Below, one piece after another: positions 28,201 to 39,514 of a DNA stretch of 64,000 bases. The DNA lies in assembly GCA_002269645.1 (NCBI GenBank), contig NIVC01002605.1:1-64000 (forward strand), in the 5' to 3' direction. The stretch's first letter is position 1, and each line of letters starts with the position of its first letter. The position numbers were made by a program, and so were the translations under genes. The notes beneath the pieces are model-generated. The model ran no database searches and was not told the DNA's origin. It saw nothing but the letters and a program-made list of their open reading frames with translations. Origin of the DNA: Macrostomum lignano (lineage: Eukaryota).

Positions 28201-31200
28201 TGGGTAGACAATAGGGAGGGGTAGACAGTAGGGAAGGGTAGACAGTAGGGAAGGGATGGGTAGACAGTAGGGAAGGGATGGGTAGACAGTAGGGAAGGGA
28301 TGAGTGGACAATAGGGAGGGGTAGACAGTAGGGAAGGGTTGACAGTAGGGAAGGGATGGGTAGACAGTAGGGAAGGGATGGGTAGACAGTAGGGAAGGGA
28401 TGGGTAGACAGTAGGGAAGGGATGAGTAGACAATAGGGAAGGGATGGATAGACAATAGGGAGGGGTAGACAGTAGGGAAGGGAGGGGTAGACAATAGGGA
28501 GGGGTAGACAATAGGGAGGGGTAGACAGTAGGGAAGGGAGAGGTAGGCAATAAAGTGGGGTAGACACTAGGGAAGGGAGGGGAAGGCAGTAGGCAGGGGA
28601 TGGAACTAGTGCTGAGAGTGATGAGGTGGGAAGCAGTTATAGAAATATAAATATTAATCATGAGAAATTCCCAATGGATCTCATAAACATAATAAGCAGA
28701 CGACTGCCCGGTTGGCAGGGAAAAGATACGCAGCAAAAAAATAGTTTGAGTGAAACATAACAGGAAATCTAATTAATATATGAATTATTGACTGCTGTTG
28801 ATAATGAGTTGGGACAATAGGCGCGTAAGGGGGACTGGAGGCGAGGCTGTGGAGGGAGGTTAGGGAGGGAGGGATAAATAAAAATAGAACCGACGGCTGA
28901 GATCAATTTCAATTGAAACCAAGTGCTGCCGCGGCATGCAAGCACAGCACGGATGAAGTTGGGAGCCTGAGGCCTACCCTGGAGACTCGCCTCAGGCCTC
29001 CAGAAGCTGCTCGATATATGCCGAGTGACTGGTTGAACCAAGGACACCCAGAACCAGAGCCTGGAGTGACAACTCCTCACAAACCTTCATATTCGGACAT
29101 CTTTTGCAAACTTAGTCTCATTTTAATAAAGCTTTATAAAAATTCTGCTGAATGAGCAATAGGCCATGTGCTAGGAAGGTTTTATATCACCTAAATTTCC
29201 CATTACCTAAATTTCACATCACCTAAATTTCACATTACCTAAATTTCACATCACCTAAATTTCACATCGCCTAAATTTCGCATCACCTAAAAATCAAATC
29301 ACTTAAATTTCAAATCGTCTAAATTTCACATCACCTAAATTTCACATCGCCTAAATCTCACATCACCTAAATTTCAAATCGTCTAAATTTCACATCACCT
29401 AAATTTCACATCGCCTAAATCTCACATCACCTAAATTTCACATCACCTAAATTTCACATCACCTAAATCTCACATCACCTAAATTTCACATCGCCTAAAT
29501 TTCACATCGCCTAAATTTCGCATCACCTAAAAATCAAATCACCTAAATTTCAAATCGTCTAAATTTCACATCACCTAAGTTTCACATCACCTAAGTTTCA
29601 AGAATTCACTTTGAAATTTGGACCTTTTATTAAAGTTTTGGCGATACGAAAAGATGATGCAGGGTAGCTGACCTATCTTCTGTGCGTAAACTCATGTGGG
29701 CAGGAGTTGCTGCTCCAAGCTCTGGCTCTAATTCGCCTTGCCGGAGCCGAAGAAGAGCCCTGGGCCTCGGGTTAATTGCTAAGACTCCCGTTTCGATTCC
29801 TATAGGGACTCCGGGGCAGACCCGTGCTGCAACTGGGGTGGAAAGTCGATAAATTCCCAACTTAGAGGCTCCCAGTTGCCCTCCTGCCCCAACCCCACCC
29901 CCAGCCCGGAGGGACCCCCATTGACTGTTCCGGGGGTTGGACTTCTCGAATCCGTCTCAAGCCAGCGTCTGCACTTCCCCATAGCTACCCGTCTTTATCT
30001 GTGGCCGACGCCGCCTCCCCACCCCCTCCGCTCAGCTCCTTAGCTGGCCTCAGTAGTTTTAGCTTCCTCTTTTAGTAATCGAAATTCAGCTTAACGGGAA
30101 GGGAGGATGAAGGTTATAGGCAGAGCTTCGACTTCTCCGCTGATCTCTCTGCCGCCACGTGTATCAAAGAGCTTGTTTTGCTTGTAGTCAGGCCAGACAA
30201 CTGAGCAGCCGGCGTGATCTATTATTATTAGAGAGAAAAACAGCTATTTTTGCTCTCTGAATCTCCAATAAGAACGAAAAAAGGTGCATCCGCTTTGCCC
30301 TTATCCTCAGCATCTCTTTTGTCTTCACTGCCATCCTCGCAAGCTGGTCTGAATGCTCACGCTAGAATTAACGAATTCTAGAGCTAAATAGAGCTGAACT
30401 TTTTCTTAGCGTAATAAAAAATTCTCTCAGTTGTCAGCAATTGAAATGAACTATTGCTAAATACGATAACAGGTTTTGCGTTTAGGAAGCGCAGAACGGA
30501 GAAGTTGATTCATTGAATTCGCTGGTTGTTGTCACTCCTTTCTGGAAAATAAAATCGAGTAGTTCACGGTTTCCTGGAAAATATAATCAAGAGTAGTTCA
30601 CGGTTTCCTGGAAAATATAATCAAGAGTAGTTCACGGTTTCCTGGAAAATATAATAAAGAGTAGTTCATGGTTTCCTGGAAAATATAATCAAGAGTAGTT
30701 CACGGTTTCCTGGAAAATATAATCAAGAGTAGTTCACGGTTTCCTGGAAAATATAATCAAGAGTAGTTCACGGTTTCCTGGAAAATATAATCAAGAGTAG
30801 TTCATGGTTTCCTGGAAAATATAATCAAGAGTAGTTCACGGTTTCCTGGAAAATATAATCAAGAGTAGTTCACGGTTTCCTGGAAAATATAATCAAGAGT
30901 AGTTCACGGTTTCCTGGAAAATATAATCAAGAGTAGTTCACGGTTTCCTGGAAAATATAATCAAGAGTAGTTCACGGTTTCCTGGAAAATGTGATCAATA
31001 GTGGTTTATTGTTTTTTTGAAAATGTGATCAATAGTGGTTCACCGTTTCTTGGAAAGGGTAGTCAACTTTAAAAAGCTTTCTAGGAAACTTAAAAACAAT
31101 TAGATTGATCGTTTCCAGGAAATACCTAACCACAAAGGTTGACTATTTCTAAGACAGTGAAAAGCAAAAAGCAGAAAAACTTCTAGGAAAGTTAAAATTT

Positions 31201-31463
31201 AAAATGAAGTTATTATTTTTTTTTAAACTTGAATCAGTCGCTTCCGAGTGACTTTCAGACTGCAAAACTGGCTAACAAACTCAGTTTTCAGAAATCGACC
31301 CCTCACCGCTCTGTGGCGAAGCCTTCAGCCGTTTGCACAATCCGTCTACGCCGCCGTAGTCGCTTTGAATTTTGCTGACGGCCTCGTGCCCGCGGCACTC
31401 CATAAGGGTGCGCAGCTCCTGCAACGAGCAGCCGTACTCATTTCTACCGCCGCCCGCCGCCAT
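756..31463 (-). CDS. PMCA: Plasma membrane calcium-transporting ATPase (P2B-type), spliced gene
   Basis: Exons read by hand with GT-AG sites and consistent phases: 31463-31307, 25944-25771, 25289-24903, 22042-21866, 18015-17482, 16894-16785, 16251-15796, 14962-14720, 14097-13711, 13053-12840, 12733-12531, 12356-12250 (107 nt, 1-nt frameshift), 11815-11624, terminal 1220-756. Motifs: [49 protein letters not shown], and the CaM-binding segment [15 protein letters not shown]|[10 protein letters not shown]. Confidence 0.97.
4150..4383 (-). CDS. PMCA: Candidate alternative terminal exon of PMCA
   Basis: Acceptor ...caactgtacag, phase 0, 78 codons ([27 protein letters not shown]...KKDN*). GC-rich island in an AT-rich intron, with minus-strand AATAAA at 4029-4034. 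Confidence 0.6.
   Translation of the reverse strand, partial: RRRADELRSIDPWMVSALRKIEERRMTIVGVGQAAGPPSSNSSDRLLSSRGQQQQQEKQDQQPLNESEEEELQKKDN
4840..5600. repeat. Minisatellite, 43/39-bp units
   Basis: gacacttaattgagatgtcaggaagaatacctgtttgagtgtt. Confidence 0.95.
8920..9315. repeat. Foldback inverted repeat with about 145-bp imperfect arms
   Basis: tttctaaacg / ctggatctgcctcccatc / tttatgtgctgaaaaa / ctatctctgtag all recur inverted at 9170-9315. Confidence 0.65.
10750..11340. repeat. CT-rich minisatellite, about 24-26-bp units
   Basis: ctctcctctccttcattcccctcaac. Confidence 0.9.
11903..12218. repeat. Minisatellite, 33-bp unit
   Basis: accccatccaggtaacttgtgtcagctgacaga, filling most of PMCA intron 12. 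Confidence 0.95.
13289..13664 (+). mobile_element. tRNA-derived SINE in PMCA intron 9 (antisense to the gene)
   Basis: A box TAGCCCAGTGG, B box GGCTCGATTCCC, A9 tail at 13656-13664. No tRNA acceptor stem. A related fragment gggccgctgtacac lies at about 12429-12460. Confidence 0.7.
15040..15700. repeat. Minisatellite, 41-bp unit with two alternating variants
   Basis: ctttgaagtctgccgacttactaaacaaac followed by acgcttattcc or aaagtcacttc. Confidence 0.95.
17090..17400. repeat. Minisatellite, 13/14-bp unit
   Basis: atttcggacagggg. Confidence 0.9.
18045..18285. repeat. Minisatellite, 25-bp unit
   Basis: cacctgggacaggtaactgtgtcag. Confidence 0.95.
19490..19940. repeat. TG/TC-rich degenerate tandem repeat
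   Basis: tgtgccatgtctgtgtctgtgtc variants. Confidence 0.9.
19985..20905. repeat. Minisatellite, 21-bp unit
   Basis: gatggtctgtgcctgtatgct. Confidence 0.95.
22210..22765. repeat. Minisatellite, 84-bp unit
   Basis: gtgttttcgggtgacgagagctg...cttggtaca, about 6.5 copies. Confidence 0.95.
24255..24820. repeat. Minisatellite, 20-bp unit
   Basis: tagtcattctgtaagtaatg. Confidence 0.95.
25370..25750. repeat. Minisatellite, 22-bp unit
   Basis: ctgcaaccggcaaacccactca, filling most of PMCA intron 2. Confidence 0.95.
27480..28530. repeat. G-rich compound minisatellite (about 42-bp units, then about 20-24-bp units)
   Basis: gggaagggaggggtagacagta core. Confidence 0.95.
29180..29600. repeat. Minisatellite, 16-bp unit
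   Basis: cctaaatttcacatca. Confidence 0.9.
30555..30990. repeat. Minisatellite, 34-bp unit
   Basis: gagtagttcacggtttcctggaaaatataatcaa. Confidence 0.95.
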
Positions 31464-31994
31464 TGAAGCTCAGTGCTGCTGCCGAGCTGGCTGAGAAGAG
31501 TCGGAGACAATCAAAATCCCTGTTGTACCTGCAATAACGCTGAAGACCGCGGCCTGTCCACTTGATGCCGAAATTGTTCAGTTTCAAGAGCTGGTTCGAT
31601 GTGTTTTTTAGCTGGAAAAAAATGAGTGGGGCGGTCAGGCCGTCAGGGTTGCCGCTCCCGGTCCAGCTGGGAGTTCGCCATGTAATCTCTAATCAATAAA
31701 TAAATCAATCAATCAATCAATCGCTTAAATTTGCGGGTAAGTTCTTAAACTCAGAATACTAGTATTCTAGCCAATGGAGAATGCTGTGTGACAGAATTTC
31801 TCAGTCTCCTAGCTGGGTCATATATGCATGTATATATATGCATATCAGCTCACTGGGAATCCACTCTGCTCAAATGCTGCCGCGGCTCAATTACTAAGCA
31901 ATTAATTACTGAGCAGCAAGGGGGCAGAGAGAGATTGGGGAAATGGGAATAGGCCAGCCAAAGATTGATGGCTCAGCGGAGATGTAACGATGTT

Positions 31995-32550
31995 CAGGGG
32001 CGTCGCCATGGATTTTATGGTGGGTGGACAAAGCCAAGAATTCAAAATGTACTTGTACATGACTAAATTTTGGCACTCATTTTGGCGCCGCAGGCACTCA
32101 TTGTAGCGCCGCAGGCACTCATTGTAGCGCCGCAGGCACTCATTGTAGCGCCGCAGGCCCTCATTGTAGCGCCGCAGGCACTCATTTTAGCGCCGCAGGC
32201 ACTCATTGTAGCGCCTCGGGTATTCCTTTTAGCGCCTCGGGTATTCCTTGTAGCGCCTCGGGTATTCCTTGTAGCGTCGCAGGCACTCATTGTAGCGCCG
32301 CAGGCACTCATTGTAGCGCCGCAGGCCCTCATTGTAGCGCCGCAGGCACTCATTTTAGCGCCGCAGGCACTCATTGTAGCGCCTCGGGTATTCCTTTTAG
32401 CGCCTCGGGTATTCCTTGTAGCGCCTCGGGTATTCCTTGTAGCGTCGCAGGCACTCATTGTAGCGCCGCAGGCACTCATTGTAGCGCCGCAGCCAGACCC
32501 TGAAGCATTTGGGCAACAGCCCCTGAGACACTCAGCCAGACCCTGAAGCA
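31995..32550. mobile_element. Truncated copy of the same MITE family carrying a 21-bp minisatellite
   Basis: Starts CAGGGGCGTCGCCATGGATTTTATGG, matching the reverse complement of the right end of the 39968 element. The second TIR was not found. Confidence 0.6.
32074..32490. repeat. Minisatellite, 21-bp unit
   Basis: ggcactcattgtagcgccgca with a gggtattccttgtagcgcctc variant. Confidence 0.95.
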
Positions 32551-34159
32551 TTTAGGCCTACAGTATGAGAGCCTATCCACAAGGCGTTTATCAATTAACA
32601 GAATCGTCAGAAAAGTGCAATTTAAACAAGCAGCTTCAGTCAGATATAAATCGATGCAGCTCATATTGTAAATATTGATATTCATTAGAAGAAGGCGGAC
32701 ATCAAATAACGGAGAAGCCATGTTAGATATCAATTTTTGCATATGTTGCAAAGTGCGTAGTTAGAAATAGATGAAAGAAAGCACTAATATAATCATTTTG
32801 GGGCACCAAGAAATGCATTGGTATTGGGGGGTTAACAAACGATATTTTTAAACGTGCCTAGGCATCAGGAGGCATTCGCCGCAGGGGGGGGGGGCGAGCG
32901 GAGAGAGGGTGGAAACGAAAAAATCTCTTTTAGCCTGTTACCCACGACACTCCCGGATAGAAGGAGATGCGGTTGAAGGAACAGATGCCTGCAGGCTGGG
33001 CGGTTTGGGTGCCGCAACCCCCCCCCCATGTGCGTGCAGTCGGGCTTTTTTTGGGGCTCTGAGGTTTGGCCTGGATTGGTTGTTGGGCAATCTCGAGGAT
33101 TAGGGCTTTGGGTTGGCGAGACACGCAGGCATGGAAGGAGAGAGACAGGGGATTTTTATCCCAAAGCGATCGCGGCCTGAGTTTTGTTCACTCTTTCCTC
33201 CTTAGCCTCTCCTCGCCTCACCTTCCCCTCACGCGTACCACCCTGCCCAGACCCTATAGTAACTAAACTAACTGGAAGGCATCTGCGCGGCGGGCCACGG
33301 ACCGGGTTGGGAGAGAGCGGGTGGAGCCTGAAGCGTATATAATAATCCTAGCAGCTTTAGGGACAAATGTACTCCCGCAGCCTGAGGGGAGAGGGAGCAG
33401 GCGGTGGGATAGGAATTAGCGTCCACCCAGGCTAAAGCGAGCGGCGTAGGGGAGGCCAAAGCCGTCTTCCTTCCTCCCTTGCCCCTCCCCTGCGCGCCTT
33501 CGTTTCCTCGCTTCCCAAGTCGCCATTTTTGCCGATCGCATTCTCCCCGCACACGCACACAACCGCATACCCCAGGCGCGCATGCAGGCACCCAAAGGCC
33601 TGCTCCAAAGCTCCAAAGAACCACGAGGATGCCGGATAGAGCAGAGCCTATACATATAGGGGGAGAGACCGTTTGAATATATTTTTGTGGCCCACTGCTG
33701 CAGTGAGCTGACTCGGGCTGCGGCTGGTACGGCAAGGGGGAGGGGTGCGGCTGGGAGGCAAGGAAGGGAACCCGTGCCACCCGATTCCCAATCTATCCAC
33801 TGTTCCCAAGCCCAGCATCATCTAGCCTGCTCCACTCCCCAGCCTTCTCCCTCTCTCACTGGTGACTTTCATATTTCAAGCTGAACAGACAAAATAGTTT
33901 AAAAAAGCCACGACAATAGACAGGCATGTTAGACCCTGATAGAGACTGTTGAGGCCAGGAGCAGCAGAAGCATGACAAGAGACAAACGGGGACAGGATCC
34001 CGAGCCGCAATCATAGATCTATGTAAAATCTATAGTAAAAAACGGCACAGCCTTGGGCGCACCGAGAATGAAAAGGGATCGGGAGAGAGCTGTTGGAAGG
34101 AAGGGTTTTAAAGCTAGTAAAGCAGCGCGATCCCGAAAACGCCGGCGCTTGAGTCAGGG

Positions 34160-34305
34160 GAAGGGGGAATGACAAATCCCTAAAAAGGTGGATTTTGGCC
34201 ATACATTGGGGGGGGGGAATGACAAATCCCTAAAAAGGTGGATTTTGGCCATACATTGGGGGGGGGGAATGACAAATCCCTAAAAAGGTGGATTTTGGCC
34301 ATATA
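34160..34305. repeat. 50-bp unit x3
   Basis: aatgacaaatccctaaaaaggtggattttggccatacattgggggggggg. Confidence 0.9.
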
Positions 34306-37300
34306 TCGGGAGGCTATATTCAAGACTGGAGTAGCAAAGTGCCCTCGCTACTCTCGATATAATGGCATTACACTGGCCCTATATAAGATTTTTCTGCCTA
34401 GTTGCAGGGCAGGAGACTGAATCTCTCTCTATTGGGTAAATACAGAGTCGGTGTAGGGACCAGTTGAACACCCAGGGGGCTATGGGGGGGGGGGTAGGAG
34501 GGCGACAAGGACCAGCCAAGTGGAGCAACCAGAATAATAAGAGAAAACTTTTCCCACTCTCCTCTCCCATTCCCTCTCCTTCCCTCTCTCGGAATGAAAT
34601 TAAGCGCTGAGCAGGGGGACGGACAGGGGAGAAGGTAAAGTCGCTGGGAGCCGAGCGCTTCACACAGATTTCAGTTGCCTCTCGATCCAGAGTCTGCTTT
34701 CCCCCCCCCGCTCTCCCCGCCCCTCGCTTACCCTCTACATTCCAAGAAAACTCCAAAAAGTCCCTCCACCCCCCTCAACCCCCCGCCCTGACCACTTCGG
34801 ACTTCAGGCGAGGGGAAAACCGGCTAGAGAGCGAGGGGGACACGGAAGGCTCAAGAAAAAATGTCGGGAATGAGGAAGACTGCGACAGAACAAAATGGGC
34901 CTTCAGCTCAGTGCACTTCGAGTCGAAAAGAGAGAAAAAGGCAAACTGACTCTCGCGGTTGAGGGGAAGGCCCGCTTTTGTGTGCTCTCTCCTTAGAAGG
35001 ACTTTGCAGTCCGGTTAACTCATTATCAGCCAGGCTGGAAGTGGGAAGAAAAAGTCGCTGCAGAAGAAAAAAGCAGGAGCTTGGAAAAGCAAAGAGGCAC
35101 GGGACAGTGAAGTGGAGAACTTGGAGGCCATGTGAACTAACTCGGCGTGGGAATTGTCGAAGAGCGAGTGTTCGACGAGTAAAAAGTGATCGGGATCCGG
35201 GAGACGGGCAAAAATAACTGAGTGCTTCCAGAAGTGAAAAAAAATATATACCCCATCCCCTAACAGAAATAGTAAGTAAGTTTCGTAATTCAGTAAGCAG
35301 AATTATTTTTAGAAAGATGAAATAAAAAACAAAATTATGGTAAAAGATTAAAGACAAATTAAATTTCTTTTTTTCTAACTAGATGAATAAAATCGAAAAC
35401 AGCTAATATGCTGGCATAAAAAATATTGCCATCTAAAGCAAATTTCGACAAATTATAACTAACACATGTAACTGGTACTTTCCTTGACCTCAGACTGTAA
35501 AACGTAACTTAAATATAAATCAAAACAATGTCATTATTTATGTCATTTGCGACAAATGATGAAGGAATTGCAATAAATTTAATTAAAAGCATATTTGTAA
35601 ACTAAATAGAGATCCTGTTTAATCAGTGCTTCTTTACAACAGAAAAACCTTATGAATAAACATAGTTCGAAAAATTTACCATGAACCCTAATGAAGTCTC
35701 TCAAATAAAATACTGAATTACTTCATTTTACTGAGCTTTATAAATCTGCTCTAAATAGATTTTTGCTATAAAAAATTCTAACTTTAAACTTTAAATACAC
35801 ATGTAACATCCGACTTTTTGCCTATTTTGCTCCTTAAAAAACATTTCAAGTCACTAATTTTATTGCACTCAAAATTAAAAAAAAATTTACGAAACTCTCT
35901 GGCGTGTAATATTTCTATTGTGTAGTTAGAATGTTCATAGAAGTGTACATGTAGATTTTTATGCCATACTCACATTAAGCAAAAATTATTCGCCAGTTAG
36001 TTACGATAACTCTGATACCATATTACGGTAACATATCTAGATTAGTCAAACGATAAAGCGGTGTGTAAATATATTTCAAAGACCCGCGACGATATATCGA
36101 TTGTCGTGTATTTTATCATTGTTGATCATTCAAGCTTACTTTAAAATACTTTAGTAATGAGGAAATTGGCAACTGACGTAATTTATCCGTATACTACCAA
36201 ATAAAAACATGCTGGCAGTTTTTTGTTTTAACCGTTTTCTACGACGGTGTTTGGACTTCAAAACTTACGAGCTACATAGAAAATAAAAATAATGTATTAT
36301 ATTATATCCCTCAATCTCTCTAAATTATTTTAACTCGCCTTTAACGTGCCTAGTTCAGAGCTGAAAAGCCATATCTAGAAAGCCTGCATTAAAACTTAAA
36401 CCTATAAAACTTAAAAATTAAAACTTATGATGTGACAACGGTCTGGGTGGCCCTGCTAAAATTTGTATAATCTTAAAATTTATTTCTCCCTTGTGCGCCC
36501 ATGTCTAATACCAACCTGCGGCCTCTCTCCCGATGATTCATCAGATGACCCTACGTCCACCCACTCTTTTGTCACCATTCCAACCTCCATCTTATTACTC
36601 AATAGCCAAGCGGAACGCACCCAGCGAATTGAAGCCCCATTTGTGTATTTAAGCCATTTTTCGCTGTCCCGTGACCTCCAAATTGAATCACCTTCTAAGC
36701 GTCCCATTTTATTAGCCAATTTATTGGCTAATAAATTGGACAGTGTTCGCGCTCACTCATAACTTCCCAGCTGCCAGTACCATAATCGATTCTAGCTTTC
36801 CACTCCATTAGAATTAGTGATTTCTGCTATTGACTTTCTATTGAATTCGAGGTCAGCTGGTGGTACGTCATGTTGGCAGCAAGGACCTGTTGGTACTAAG
36901 CAATAACATTCAATATACGATTATTACAATGCTGTGAAACATAATTAAACCCTCAAAAGGCATACAAATTTTGAATATGGCTACATAATTATTGGCTTAG
37001 TGAAGAAAGCGAGTAGCAGAGAATTAAAAAATATGGTTGCACGCATATGGCGCACAGGCAGACAGACACAAAGCGTACGGAAAATCAGCCTTTAATTTTT
37101 TCCGTGGTTCGTGAGTGCCGAGTCCTTCTACTACAGTGGTCCTTGGTTGGCAGTAGGCTAGAACCGTTCTAGCTGAAGTCGGCGCCCAGGTGCGAGAGAG
37201 CGCACGATGCACGTGATATACAGCACTTAGCGGTTGGGAATGCAACAGTCTCTAGTGGCACGTCATGATATCGTAGTATCCGCCAGTTGGGGACTTTGTG

Positions 37301-37830
37301 CAGGATTGAGAGATTGGCCCCGGTGTGATATTGGCGTCGCAAAAGGCGGAAATCAAGATAGCGACACTGCTTAGGCGTCATACAATCGGGCCGGGAGTCT
37401 ACCACACTAAGCAGAAGACTATTCAACAGAGGATCCTTTGTGCCGTGATTGGCGAAGGTACTAACGTGCTACGAGATTGCTAGACCACTAAGAGTAATGA
37501 GGGAACGTGTGAACTTTATGGTTTTCAGGTGCGCAGTGCGAGAAGAGTCCTGTTCACAGCCTGACAACTTCCCCATGCTTGACCGCCAAGGAAGTCATTA
37601 GGATTGAAATGAAGAAAAATAAGGGATTAGCAGCGCAATAACAAATATGAATCCTCCGGTTGATAAGATCATTATGGGATAAAAAATACCCAGTTTTCAA
37701 TTTAACCAGGGTCTAAAGGTCGGTCACGTGACGGCTCACGTGTTGCCATGACTCCGTATCCTTGAAGAAAAACGAGGATTGACGCATTCAGGTAGCCAAT
37801 GACGCAATTGCGGGAGTCTTGGTAAATATA

Positions 37831-38459
37831 TACTCAGCAACAAAAGTTCCACCCACCCTCCAAGCGAGATTAAAATTTGCTCACTTATTGCGACAACTTC
37901 TCACTCACAATTCTACCCTCCAGTTACGCAACTAAGCCGCCACGAGGAAGGGAAAGTTGATTGAATCAGTAATAAACGTTTAGTCGTACAAAATCAGAAC
38001 AGTTTTTATGCATGCAATATGCAGTTAGAATCGCGATGCTTAGTACCGCGTGTGGGATCCCCTCGCACGCAGAACTGCGGATGAGGATCAGGATCAGGAT
38101 GAGGCGGCGCAGAAAGTCCTGGGGAAGCTGCTGGCAAGCGTTTTCAGTGGCATGACGCAGCTCCGCAACATTCTGTGGTGGATTCTCTTTTCGAATGCTG
38201 CGTTTTAGGAAGTCCTAGACATGATTCATGTCCGGGGACCGGGAAGGCCAGCGCAGAGTGCGCAGCTGCAGCTGTTCTTTCAGTTGACTAACAGCATCGG
38301 CTCGGTGTGGCGGCTTTTGTTTTGTACCATGCGTTATGCAGTCCCAAGCCACCCCCAAGTTTCAATAAGCTTCGCGTTTGCCGGTAAGTTGCGTCTCTCG
38401 CAATAAGTGAGAAAAAGTCATCTTGCTTGGAGGGTGGAACTTTTGACTGTTGCTGAGTG
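37831..38459 (-). mobile_element. Internally deleted Tc1/mariner element
   Basis: About 63-bp imperfect TIRs ((T/C)ACTCAGCAA...) flanked by TA. Minus-strand relic at about 38260-38040: RWPSRSPDMNHV*DFLKRSIRKENPPQNVAELR...ARGSHTRY*, typical of a Tc1 transposase C-terminus. Confidence 0.85.
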
Positions 38460-39418
38460 TAATTCGTACATTTAGGGGGTCAGAGAACAAAAGAAGAAAA
38501 TTAAGAACAATAGGGGGGGTTTATATTAAAACAGGAGCAGGAAATGTTTGGGAAGGATTGGGTTGATGGAGATGGGGTAAAAGCCGCGCTCGACCCAACG
38601 GCCAGATTCCTACGCGCTTGAACCCCCAGCCTGAGTAGTGCAGGTGCCGCCAGAAACAAAACTTTAAAGGTCGTAATTAAACAAAACAAAGATAGACTTT
38701 TCGACGATGTGAAGTTTCAAGCTCGGGATATTTCGAAAGTTGCGAAGGCTGTTTACGAACTTACATGTATGTACTGCCCCAAGTTAAGAAGGCAATGCAG
38801 GGATCGGACCCACACGCGGTCAACGAAAAATCGCGTGTTACTCGAAAAAAGCGAACAGCTCAACTCCAATCAAGCAAACGAACGCGCCAGCCAGGTATGG
38901 AGAGATTCAGGAAGGAAACTGGCGTGGAGCCAGATTGATTCCATCAGGCAGGGAGAATGGAATGCTCCGCGGGATGTCTTTTTGTGTAGCCAGCTAAGTG
39001 AAAGTTAGAGGATCGGCCTTCCCCGATCGCGCAGCCAAAATCCCCCGCACAGATTTTTTAAAGTGTAAATATGCCGCCGAACTGAATAAAGCCCTGCCTA
39101 CCTGCAGGCTGGCATGGCCACCCAGCAGCTTATTTGATGAGGCAACATATACCTTATCAATCCTGCGCCATCAGGCCTTTCCCTCCTGGCGCACGTGGCT
39201 TCCAAACTCGCTGCTCCGGAAGGCGGTCCATTTAGAAGTCACTTTTTTCCTCTCACTCCATCTCCACGCGGTTCGGCTCAAACTAGCGAGTCACGACATG
39301 AGCGCGCACAGTCAGTGTGACGCACTCGGATCCGGGATCGGGTCTGAGTGGCTTATTGCACCGGCGCCATAAGGCCACACGCACGAGCTGGCTCAACTTT
39401 TCATCTTTTTCGATTCGG

Positions 39419-39425
39419 TATAAAA
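39419..39425 (+). promoter_or_regulatory. TATA box of the homeobox gene
   Basis: TATAAAA about 90 nt upstream of the ATG at 39515. Confidence 0.5.
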
Positions 39426-39514
39426 CGCCGCGAGCTGGGCCTTTTCACTGGCTCAACAGGTTGTAGAGTAAATAAATCTATTTGAAATTCGAAGCTAGAA
39501 ACTCCAGTTTGTCG

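Noticed and set aside
27138-28736. 532-aa Pro/Leu-rich ORF
   Set aside because: It is derived from the G-rich tandem array, and three frames are open simultaneously.
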